A DNA stretch of 64,000 bases from Paragordius varius (Eukaryota > Animalia > Nematomorpha), in contig OZ176052.1 of NCBI GenBank assembly GCA_964247055.1, positions 11,098,001 through 11,162,000 of the forward strand, in the 5' to 3' direction. The notes beneath the pieces were generated by a model. The model had not been told where the DNA came from and made no database searches. It saw only the letters and a program-made list of their open reading frames with translations. Positions 51,598 through 62,599 of the stretch are shown here, one piece after another. The translations under genes were made by a program, and so were the position numbers. Each line of letters starts with the position of its first letter. The first letter of the stretch is position 1.

Positions 51598-53064
51598 ATT
51601 TTAAGAATTTTAACATAATATATGCCATTGATTGAGCAAGAAATATATATAATTTTATAAGAAAATTAATATAAAATTAATAATGATCTTATCCTTACTG
51701 ACACTGGTGATTTATAGAATGATATTAACAGAGGTTAAGAAAGCTAGGCACTTGAAGATAAAAGAGATATAATAAATAAGAATATGAAACAGTTGGTTTG
51801 ATTTAACATTGATAATACTAAAGGGAAATTGATCAAGATTGAAGGTCATGACTACTAATAAATGGGTGATATTTTATGTATTATTTAAAATAATAACTTT
51901 TAAATATCTATTTTTTTAAATAAAATTAAAAAAAAATTAAAATCTGGCACCCCCTCAACTATGGCGCCCGGTGTTCCACCCCCCCAGCTAGGCCACTAGC
52001 ATAGGTACCGTTCCCTACACAACTGAAGTTTTGACAACTCAACTTTATAAAAGGATTCATTTCCGAGTTACCATTAAACTTCATCAGGGTAATAAGCCTC
52101 TTTAGATTGCATTTAAAAAGTGTTTGATATGGCTTCCATAATTGAAATAACCCATTATGAGCCAGTGATTTAATAACGATGCTTTGATTTATTTGTTGGA
52201 AAAATTAATTTTACTAACTGTTTTTTATATGTTCTACTCAGGTTTTAAAGAGCAGATGATCTTGACCGAACCTCCAAAGTATAATGGAATATTGCTATAA
52301 ATTTAATGTAAACGTTTATATCTCCATCTCAGGTACCAAACGGATTTCTCACATGTTTGAGTAATTTAGAAATGCAGCGAATTCATACAAAGCTTATGCT
52401 TTAGTTAAATTTTTTACTAAACCACCATCACAATTTTGTCAAATATTTATTTTTTAAAAAAAATCTGATTTTTGCATTTTAGACGCTTTACTTTATAAAT
52501 TTGGAGCCTACGGAAACATTAAATAGATTATGTTAAAAAAATGCAAAGTTTTGGCCTTTATTCATCAATAAAAAATTTTATCACGGATTTTTTTAAAAAA
52601 CCTGACTGCTGAGTTTATTTACCATGACCCCAATTTTTTTTCGATTCTAAAAGCTGGTGGGTGTATTTATTCAAGGATACAAAAATTATAAAAAATATAT
52701 TTTTGATTTTAAACTTGGCACATTTGTATATATAATTATTAATCAAGGGTAAAAATAGAAAGATTTAATATTAAGCTAAATATATGGTTTATGAATTACA
52801 ATAATATTTAATTTAAGTTTCAATTGATACATAGATATTGCCAATAAAATTGATTAAAATTCGACTTAACTATGTGACATTTAAATTATTTTGTTAAAAA
52901 ATATTTAAAAATTTTTTGGATTTAAGTTTAGTATTGTTTCCTTACAAAAGGAAGCCTACTCACATTCACATTTACGGCACATATAATTTTACTCTTTTAC
53001 CTTGAAAAAACTTAATTTTTTATTATTTGTACATTATTTCACACTCTAAAGAAAATGTAACTTT

Positions 53065-54741
53065 GTGAAAATATTTTTGATATTCATGGACCGTGCTGAT
53101 TGCATAGAATACAGGAAATTAGTTTTGTTTGAAAAAACAACCTTAAATACATTTAATCATGGTGTAGCTTGGATCCTCATGATTTTCGGGGTGGTAGGAA
53201 ATTTTTTGGGTTTTTTGGCTACCGAACCTAAAGCCCTGTGTTGTTCCAAAAGTAATTGGTCATGTTTTCATCATTGTCGGGTAGGTAATCGAAAAAGTAG
53301 TATAAAAACCGGTGGTACAAATTTGGGCCATAGCACGCATCGCATATCAACAATATCTCAAAGTGGTTCCATGTTACAATACCTTTTGGGTATTTTCTTT
53401 GCAGTTAACATTGTTAACTGTGCAATGCTTATCATTTCCCCTATCCTAAAATTTTTGGCACATGGTGATCGAAACCCTATTTGGTTGAGTTGGGGTTGGA
53501 TGTTTTATGTGGCACATGTACATTATCCCTTGACTAAACCATTGATATGTTTTGGATATCTGATTTACATCCTTTATTTTTTAACGCAAACTTTGGCATA
53601 CCTGAAACCTATAACATACAAGCAACACATAACGGTGTCGAGAATTAATTGGACTTTAGCCATAATACTAGCTTATGCTACTATATGGTATGTCCCAATT
53701 TACAAGTGGTTTGTTATAATAGCTACACCCTACACATCAATATGCCCACTCTTTAACGTGACAATGTCTAATGGTACATCTTTGTCTAATCATCGAAGTT
53801 ATGTGTCAAATCTTTCTTTGGATCAAAAATATAGAGACTACATATACACATATGATTGGAATCCGATTTTTCATACCCAAACATCAACTGTAACAAGTCG
53901 ACTTTGGAAAGCCTATCAATGCTTAAGAGAAATTAATTTATATTTTATTCCGTTCGTAACAGTCGTGGTATGTAAAAGTTATCTGCTACATACCGTTTCC
54001 AAAAAACATGAGGCTAAAAATGATTTGTGTGTTAAACAACTTTCTAGTTGTAAGCAAACTAGTACATTTGCAACTGAACCTTCTATTTCTCAATCATCAC
54101 CGATAACACATGACCCTAATATTGGGATAAATAAATTGGAGAATCGAAAAAACATTTTTGACAAATTTCAAGACGCTTTGATAAATATCTTTCTATCTAT
54201 GGGGATGAACCCTACTAAATTTGCGAAAAAATCAACTAGCATATCACCAGTTATCCAACAATTTAGTGATAGGGGAATAAGCAAAGGATTCGCTTCAAAT
54301 ACCACGGTTCCAACAATGGATCCATCAACATTGCAAGATACAATAAATACCTCTCAACTTTCCACACGCCCTCCCATCCTTACGTATGACGAGAATAATA
54401 AAAGCGTCAAAATGCAACAAATTGATCGTAAACGTAAACAGTATAAACAACATAAAAAGACCCTATACGTATTAACAGTCAGTATATGCCTTTTCCTGTT
54501 ACCCGTATCTCTCGTTCAAATGTTTGTTAATGATCTGCGCCGCAAAATTAGCGGACAAAACTTATCTGCCGTTTTTATTACGTTGACCATGTTACAATTC
54601 GTATTCATTAGCGGAACGTTTTATTTCAATGTAATTTTTAACGCAGAGTATCGGGATAATTCAAGCATCATTTTTAAAACATATTTAACCAAATGTATCA
54701 GTTATTATAAAAAGTTTGTTAAGTATTTCAAGTATTGGTAG
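53065..54741 (+). CDS. Intronless divergent class-A-like 7TM receptor (peptide-receptor-like); first ATG at 53086
   Basis: Seven hydrophobic segments; TM1 GVVGN, TM3-start YPL, TM6 FLLP, helix-8 EYR; long ICL1 and ICL3. Paralogous to 55514-56899. Confidence 0.8.
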   Translation: MKIFLIFMDRADCIEYRKLVLFEKTTLNTFNHGVAWILMIFGVVGNFLGFLATEPKALCCSKSNWSCFHHCRVGNRKSSIKTGGTNLGHSTHRISTISQSGSMLQYLLGIFFAVNIVNCAMLIISPILKFLAHGDRNPIWLSWGWMFYVAHVHYPLTKPLICFGYLIYILYFLTQTLAYLKPITYKQHITVSRINWTLAIILAYATIWYVPIYKWFVIIATPYTSICPLFNVTMSNGTSLSNHRSYVSNLSLDQKYRDYIYTYDWNPIFHTQTSTVTSRLWKAYQCLREINLYFIPFVTVVVCKSYLLHTVSKKHEAKNDLCVKQLSSCKQTSTFATEPSISQSSPITHDPNIGINKLENRKNIFDKFQDALINIFLSMGMNPTKFAKKSTSISPVIQQFSDRGISKGFASNTTVPTMDPSTLQDTINTSQLSTRPPILTYDENNKSVKMQQIDRKRKQYKQHKKTLYVLTVSICLFLLPVSLVQMFVNDLRRKISGQNLSAVFITLTMLQFVFISGTFYFNVIFNAEYRDNSSIIFKTYLTKCISYYKKFVKYFKYW

Positions 54742-55057
54742 TTTTGCAATTAGTAGTATTTTAAATAATTCTTAATTATATATATGTTTTTATTACATAA
54801 TTGTAAATTCTTTCTCACACCTCCTTAGTTATTTAGATATATGAAACCAGTATATATATATAGAGAGTATTTCACCCTATTCAAATATATACTAATATTT
54901 GGCAGTTGTCTTCATGTTTAGTTATTTCTTTCTCATAATATTTCAATAATTATTAAAATATTATGAGCCTAGTTTACAATTAAATTAATTTTAGTCAATA
55001 TTTAAAAATCCATGATTTAGATTTTTTGCATTGATAAATTTGATGCTACACGTATTA

Positions 55058-55058
<1 letters not shown>

Positions 55059-55093
<35 letters not shown>
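55059..55093. repeat. (TA)n microsatellite between the convergent receptor genes
   Basis: About 17 uninterrupted TA units. Confidence 0.95.
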
Positions 55094-55095
<2 letters not shown>

Positions 55096-55513
55096 AATCC
55101 GAGTATCTTGCATAATATAAAATATTTAATAAATTTTATTATTTTATTGACCAGAAGATTTGTAAGATAATAAAATTACTAATGATATTTATTTTTGTGA
55201 AATTGCTATCTAAAGTAAAAACTAACATTAACTATATTTGATAAAATTTAAAGGTTATTTAAAGAATAATCATATTGTGCTAAAGAGTGCTATGCTATAA
55301 CGTGTGGGCCTATTTATCTTACGCTACTTATACTTGGAAAAATGATTAATAAAAAAAGTATTGCAAATTTTCTGTAAACGATATCATTTTACTATTTTAA
55401 GCTAAAAAATATTAACTTTACCTTAAGTTTGTGTATAGTTTTTCTGGTGTGCGTACTATGTCTAATTAAAGAGATTATGGGAAATTTTTACATATAAAAT
55501 ATGTTAACTAAAG

Positions 55514-56899
55514 TTAGTGTGCAATATTTGTCGGAGAGACCTGTTCTGTTAAGCAATGACAAAGGCGTGGAAACCAGTTAAGGAATTTCATTCGAAGAAT
55601 TTCCCGAGTTGATGTTCGATACTCCTTGTTAAATACTAGATTGAAGTAAAATGATCCACATATATAGACATATTGTAATAAAACTACACTAATGTAAAGC
55701 GAAAATAAATCTCTATCTGTAATTTTTGTGCTTAGACGACGCAAAAAAATTTGGACTATAGACACGGGCAATAAGAATATGAGAAACATAAGGGAATATA
55801 TGTACGACGTTTTTTGATATTTTTTATATTTAAGTGAACCGACATCGGTAGTTGAAGTGTTGGAAAAGGGTTCAGTAGCAGCAGACACTTTATTTTTACG
55901 ATTCAAGGTTAGTATTTGATTTTTATTATTATTAGCTCTAATTCTGGCATTAACATTTTGGCTTTTAGTTTCCCAATGCTGACGATTGATAAAAAATTTG
56001 CAAACTATCATTGTCACATAGGATATTACAAAAATGAATAATTCTCTTAATATAGCATAAGCTTTCCAAATCTTCCCATATAGTCCTGGTACAGTCTTAA
56101 CCCATTGGTATCTATAAGCTATGAAATAGTAGGAGTTGTCCGGGCTTTCATTGTTTTCAGTTAAATTTGCACTTTCAAATAATAAATCAGAAATATTACG
56201 GTGGATTATAGAAGTGACGTTTACATTTATATCATTAATATGATCATCATATTTACATTCTTTATATGGAACTCGCTTAAACCATTTATATACTGGTATA
56301 TACCATATATATGAATAAATTAAGAGAAGTAATAAGGTAATATTAGTGTTCTTTTTATTAACGTTTTGTTTGAACCAAAATGGGCACTTCGTGCCAACTA
56401 TTTGAGCCAGATTGTAGGCACAAAACACAAGAAAACCATAACTTATCAGAGGTTTCATTAAGGGGTAATTAAAGTACGCTAGATAGGATACCCAAAGTTT
56501 ACTTCTCCAAAATGGATTTTTACGTGAATCACCAATAAGCTTCAAAATGGGATTTACCAAAAGCAACAATGTGTTTAGTAAATTTGTCGCAAAAAATATT
56601 TTTAGTAGATAACTAAGAGGTGAGAACTTTCTGGTTCTTCCTATCTTGTTTCGTGTGCTGATTCTAGTAGTACCCGTAATATTTGTAATCGGCGTTAGAT
56701 TGGGTTTATTAAATTTCATTTTTCTCGAGGTTATAGATATCAAACCCAGGATGTTACCAATCATACCCACAACAAAAAGGATCCAAGCAAAAATGAAATT
56801 TATTTTATTTATCAAATTGGATTCATATTGTCGTGCTTCATGAAACGTTAAACAATCTTGATGGGTATGGTAATAATTTATATTATTAGGATTATTCAT
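55514..56899 (-). CDS. Intronless divergent class-A-like 7TM receptor, paralogue of 53065-54741
   Basis: GMIGNILG, YPLMKPLI, WYIPVYKWF, LWKAY-like IWKAY, FLLPVSIVQ and GSFYFNLVFNKEYR all align with the plus-strand receptor. Confidence 0.82.
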   Translation of the reverse strand: MNNPNNINYYHTHQDCLTFHEARQYESNLINKINFIFAWILFVVGMIGNILGLISITSRKMKFNKPNLTPITNITGTTRISTRNKIGRTRKFSPLSYLLKIFFATNLLNTLLLLVNPILKLIGDSRKNPFWRSKLWVSYLAYFNYPLMKPLISYGFLVFCAYNLAQIVGTKCPFWFKQNVNKKNTNITLLLLLIYSYIWYIPVYKWFKRVPYKECKYDDHINDINVNVTSIIHRNISDLLFESANLTENNESPDNSYYFIAYRYQWVKTVPGLYGKIWKAYAILRELFIFVISYVTMIVCKFFINRQHWETKSQNVNARIRANNNKNQILTLNRKNKVSAATEPFSNTSTTDVGSLKYKKYQKTSYIYSLMFLIFLLPVSIVQIFLRRLSTKITDRDLFSLYISVVLLQYVYICGSFYFNLVFNKEYRTSTREILRMKFLNWFPRLCHCLTEQVSPTNIAH

Positions 56900-57353
56900 T
56901 TAAAAAGGCATCAAATTCAAATAAATATTACATATTATAAAAAACTCATTTAGCTTAAATGGTAAAATCTTTTAAAAAATGCATTAGCATCTACATGTAC
57001 AAATTTTTTTGTGCTCTAGTTGGATCCATTAACGAAAACGAATATCATTTTATAAGCCCTATCATACTCATGTTAAAATACTATATTATAAAAATCTATA
57101 ATAATAGCAAAACTTAAAACCTTATTGAATTTTATTTAATTTACACTTGCTGTTAGCACAACCAATCTGATCGTAAAATATAGCTTGAACAAATAAATCC
57201 GGTACCAAAATTTTCATCTTTTATAAATTCAACATTATACTTTCCCCTTTTTAAATATCTCCTATCTGTGCCCTGTCACGCGAGGTTGTGATTTAAAAAA
57301 AATATCAAAATATTATATAGAGAATAAAAAATGGGCATGAAAATATTTTGAGT

Positions 57354-57835
57354 CTAACACTTCAACACCGTTGCGGTTGTTTTGTACCCGAGGGCCGTTT
57401 AAAATTTAAATAACTAAACATTTTTAGCATTGGGTCAAGTTTGTCTGCTTGCTTCTTTAATTTAGGCCCCGGATACAAAAAACATTTTAAAAAATTTAAA
57501 AACCCTCGTCTCAAACTTTTTTGCCACCCATTTTTTTTTAAAATCGTGAATACAACAGGTGAATAAATGTCTATTATGGAAATATTGATATAAAACTTTG
57601 GAAAGATTTTATTTACAATATACAAGCAAATTTTTGAATTTAAGTTTTAACAGCTGTTTGTTTCAATCGTGTTTTGGAGCTATCTGATTATGTAACACTA
57701 GAAATTTAATAACTGTAAAAATCTAAGTTTTTTAGCCAATAGTAGAAGAAATTTCTAAAACAATAAAGCCTGGTGTAGAGATAAATCCCAAAATGTCTTA
57801 TCGCAAAAAATAAAGGTGTAATGAACTAAAAAACA
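57354..57835. mobile_element. Diverged piggyBac-like MITE copy
   Basis: Interior matches the 17.2/19.6-kb copies (CCTCGTCTCAAACTTTTTTGCC..CCATTTT; TTTTAATCGTGTTTT-like). Termini are degenerate. Confidence 0.55.
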
Positions 57836-57955
57836 TAAATAAGATGTTTATCATAAATGGGCGGCGTATTTGCCAATTTTAGTACCATTATTCAATATGT
57901 TTTTAATTTAATTTATTTATCCAATGTTAAAGCACTTCAATTTTTTATTACACAT

Positions 57956-59301
57956 TTAACACTTATTGTATACATATATGTTTACATGTCTTTCGTTTTG
58001 AATTGGGGTCGTTTATGACCCTGGGCCTATTGAAATCAAATATATATTTTTATGAAAATGGAAAATGCCTTTGTGATCTGTCTCCGGAAAACAGGTGGAC
58101 CCATTCAAATGTAATGTCTAAAAAATATAATCATCAATGAATTCCCCGACAATAGCTTCGCCCCTTTTCAAAATTAGGCTCCCAACCCTGTGTAAAAAAC
58201 GGTTTTTTTTGAAAACAAAAGTCCACAAAAATCGTGTCTTTGAGAATTTTTTGGAAAACGTGTTGGACATTTTGATTTCAAATATTTTTTTACTTTTTTT
58301 CGATTGTGCCAAAAATATTAGGCCTTTTTATCCGCTCACTCCCTAAAATGCCATTTTTTACAAAAAAATCGCAAAAATATTTTTTTAATCTATTTTTCGT
58401 TCAAGGTATGAGACTGTCAATGAGGATTCTATTCCTTGTTAAAAGGCAGAAATGCGTTTTTTATATTGGTTGCTGGGTAAAGAGATACCCGTTAAAAACA
58501 GCCATGTCATATCATAGCGTGCCTTTAGGGCTAAATTTTAGAAAACCTATCAGGCCATACGAGAATGGGTGCTTAAAATATTACTTGTAAAAAGGTAAAA
58601 TTTATCGTCCGGTTTTATAAAATTAGCTGTTAATTAGGTCCTTCACAAAGCCCTAAAAAATGCGCCACCATAGAATAATTTTTCAGTTTTAAAGCAATTT
58701 TTTTTTAAAAACTAATGAGAGCATATGGAATCAATCATGAATCCAGGTATCTCTGTAAGAAACTAAAATTTAACGAACGTCTTTTTAATATTGTTAGTAT
58801 GGGGCTACCCGCCACAACTTCGTTACCATATCGATACAGCGTGATTTTGGAGGCAAATTTTAGAAAATATATCAGGCCATATGAAATCAATAAAAGCTTG
58901 AAATATTAAATGTAAAAAGGCAATAAAATAAAGCGAACGGTATTTTAAAATTAGCCGTTAATAAGGCCCTTTAGGCCAAAAATGCTCTATCATTGAACTA
59001 TTATTTAGTTTTGAAGCCATTCTTCCAAAAATTAAGAACATCTAGAAGGAATAATAATTCCAGGCATTCCCCTATAAAGGTAAAATTTTTATCGAACGTC
59101 TTTTTTATATTGGCCGGGGCTACCCGCCTACAACTGGGACGCCATATCGATACAGCGTGACTTTGGAGGGAAATTTTAGAAAACATATCAGGCCATATGA
59201 ATTGAATAGGGGCTTGAAGTATCCGTAAAAGGCAAAAATTTAAGTATAGCTGTTTTATTAAATTACCCCCTAATTAGGCCCTTACCATGAAAAAATGTTT
59301 A
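57956..59301. mobile_element. ~1.35-kb repeat element: 38-kb-family core plus a 3x ~320-bp subterminal array; probable piggyBac-like ends
   Basis: Begins TTAACACTT with GGGGTCGTTTATGACCC subterminally. Units containing CATATCGATACAGCGTGA..TTGGAGG.AAATTTTAGAAAA..TATCAGGCCATA at about 58505, 58825 and 59140. Right end is degenerate. Confidence 0.6.
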
Positions 59302-59326
59302 TTTTTCATATAGCATACTATCACAA

Positions 59327-62150
59327 ATGCTAGCCGTAATTTCAAACGTGAATCACATTCGTTTTGAAGTCGAAGATGCTTTGGAAGATCAAATTGGTTG
59401 TTTACCGCTGCCTTTTATTGGAATGGACAGTAAAAATTAAATTTTTATATATAGAATCTGGTTCAGCCATATGTAAACAATATAAAGAAACTGGATTGTG
59501 TAAAATGGGTCAATTATGTCCATTTCGGCATTTGAAAGTTCATTGTATAAATAAATTAGGGTGATAAAACTATTGTTTGTAAACATTGGCTAAGAGGTCT
59601 TTGCAAAAAGGGTGATGATTGCGAGTTTTTGCACGAATATGATATGACTAGAATGCCTGAATGCTTTTTCTTTTCTAAATATAGTAAAATATTTTTTCTT
59701 TATTATAATATTCAATAATTTATTTTTTATAAGTGTTTAATTTATTCATTTTTACCTTGCGTTACAGATGCATGTAACAATAAAGAATGTCCATTCCTTC
59801 ATATTGATCCCGAATCAAAATTGAGAGATTGCCCTTGGTATGATCGTGGTTTTTGTAAGCACGGTAAATTTTTCCCCTAAAATGCTTTGAATAGTTTCAG
59901 ATAATATTGATGATTAATGAAAAATTATTAACGCAATAGTTTCACGAAGGACTTTAAATAAATTGCTAATATATTTAAATTTAATTGCTTTTTTAATTTT
60001 TAACCTTTCTGGTGGTAAAAAAATTATTTATCGTTTTGACTGTCCATTAATTCTGTAATATATTTTTTTGTCAAATCCAAATATTGCAAATTAATTTTTT
60101 AAACAAACCGCATTTTCAAAGGTCCAAATTGCAAAAATCGTCATGTCCGTCGCGTAATTTGTCAATGCTATGTCAATGGATTTTGCCCTGATGGAAAAGC
60201 CTGCAAATTTGTTCAGTATATAATTTTTATTATAAATTTTATATCTTAGAGACTCTTCACTATTTTATAGTATATTGATTATTGCACTGGAATTTGTGGA
60301 TATACTCTTTATTATTTTAATAATAATTTAACTTAGTTTTTAATATAGATTCACTTTATCTTTGTGATTATAATTTGTTTATGGTTTACAATACAATATA
60401 TATTTGAAAATCTTGGATGTTCATGATTGCCATTACATTAACATTGTAGTCCAAAATATGATCCTATACATATTGCCATGGGCCATTTTCCTGTATACCA
60501 CACAGCTCCTGCCCCCTCCAATGCACCACATTATAATCAGTCATCAGAACAACAAAAATCTCAACCTTCTGCTTTTCCAAAAATTAGAATTCCTCTATCA
60601 TCAAATCCGGCAAAATTAACATCTAATTATCATCCAACAAGTTAAATATATATTTAATATTTTTGGGTTTGAGAAATTTTAGGATTTATAGTGCAATAAT
60701 TGATTTATCATGTTGAAAAATCTTAAATCTCTCAGGAGTTTTTCAAAAAGCGATTTAAACAATAAAAAATAAAGTAAATATATCATAAATTAAATACAAA
60801 AATTATAGATTTTAAAATTATAGTAGACGTATTTTTTTTCAGAATCTTTTAAATTCTAATCTATAAATTTACATATATATTGCTTAGTTTTACCACCACC
60901 CAATCCGTTAAAAGCACAAAACTTTTTGAACCCGTTGATTGGTGGACCCCCACAGCATGCAATTCCAATCTTAAACTCAAATAAACAATTTGAAGGTAAA
61001 GGTGAAACTCTTGGCTCTAATAATCAAAAAAATCTGCCTTCATACCAAAACCAGGGGGGCCGATTGCACCAGAAGCAAGAATATTATCACCTAGGCAACA
61101 AGAATTTTGATGCTATTCACGCTAAAGCTCAGTATGTTTAATTTATTTTGTATGAAAAAATCTATCCTAATAAATTATACCTGTAAACATTTAACTTAAA
61201 TTTAAATAATAAGGCTCATAAATATAATAATAATAGTAAAATTTTTGTTCTTTTTTGGCTTCTACTTGGCTAACAAACTGGGTATAAACGTGGTTTATAT
61301 TGTATATTGACGTAAAAAACGTCATAAAAATGTTATAATAATTTCTACCAAATTATGGGTAATCTGCTAGTTAACCAACTATAACAATTTAAATATCGTT
61401 TTTTATTGCTATTTTGCATAGAACTATTCAACCAGTTGCCAATTTGCATACAATAGATGTAAACATGAATTCTCTTTCCAATATAACGTGTCACTTTTGT
61501 GGGCAGACTGGACATAAACTTTCAGCATGCACCAAAGCCGGACAAAGTTTTACTTCTGAACATATGGACACAGATTCTGCCAATACTAATCATGGTTTGA
61601 CTCTTTTTTTATTTCCTCATTTATAATGCAGTAGGGCATGATATGAAGTATGAGTTAGTATACTTTGCTAGTTATATAGAATATTGCGATCGAATTTACA
61701 GTAACGGGGAAAAAATATTTCTATGCACCAATTTTGAGCTAAAAATATCACTTTTTTACTGTAAAGTATCTGGCAAAAATTAATTAAATGATATATATTG
61801 CAAAAAATTAAAAAGGCAATTTTAAACTGTAAATAAAAGTACGAAATTAACATGCGCAATCTCACCTAAAACATCAAATATATATAATTAATTTTTAGTC
61901 CAACAACAAAGTATCCAGTCTATTGGGGGCGCGCCTAGATTTAGACGAACTTTGGAAGAAGTGACTTGTTACAGAGTAATATATTCTATTTAAAATTAAT
62001 TAATTTATATAAGTTTATGTGATATATTTTAATTTTATTATGCATATATGGTAGTGTGGAGAAAAGGGACATTTTGCTAATCGATGTCCACAACTCAATG
62101 ACGAATTCCATAATTCCAATCGAAGACACGAAATATCCTAATATTATAAC
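59327..62150 (+). CDS. CPSF4: Cleavage and polyadenylation specificity factor subunit 4 (CPSF30/Clipper), 10 exons, ~426 aa
   Basis: Exons 59327-59429, 59455-59537, 59560-59683, 59768-59863, 60122-60215, 60450-60640, 60888-61131, 61422-61594, 61899-61975, 62055-62150. [12 protein letters not shown]; [35 protein letters not shown]; [27 protein letters not shown]; five CCCH fingers and two CCHC knuckles. Confidence 0.97.
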
Positions 62151-62599
62151 GCTTTACATAATAATAATCAAAAATATTACAATGGATGTCCTAAATATAA
62201 CTATTATTCTTATTCGCCGGGTTGCATAAAAAAACTGATGCATATAAGTATAAAATTATGTTGATATACAAACATAATAAACAAATTGATGTAAAGGAAC
62301 ATTATAAACTTATAACACTAATGCAGTTTTTCTGCGTCGCGATTTAAAAAAAATATTTATTAAATTTATCTCTTTATGGATCCTAGTTATAATTTTTTTA
62401 ATCGATAGTTTTGTACGATTTTACATCTTTCTGTATAGTACACATTGCTTTAAAATTTTTTTCTAAAAAAAGTATTAATGTAAGTTCCTTATATTAAAGA
62501 AATGTTAGGACATTGAAAATGTACGAAAAACAAAATGAAAGAATTCTTAAGTGGTGGCAAAAACGATATTGATGTCTTTTTGTTTATATGGGTAAATAC

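Larger units (their letters stand above)
48984..51998. mobile_element. 3,015-bp non-autonomous hAT-like element with 8-bp TSD and nested cargo
   Basis: TSD GCATAGGT at 48976-83 and 51999-52006. TIRs CAGAGGCGTAGC / GCTAGGCCACTA. Subterminal GGCGCC(C)GG..GGTGCCCCC motifs at both ends. No recognisable intact transposase. Confidence 0.8.
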
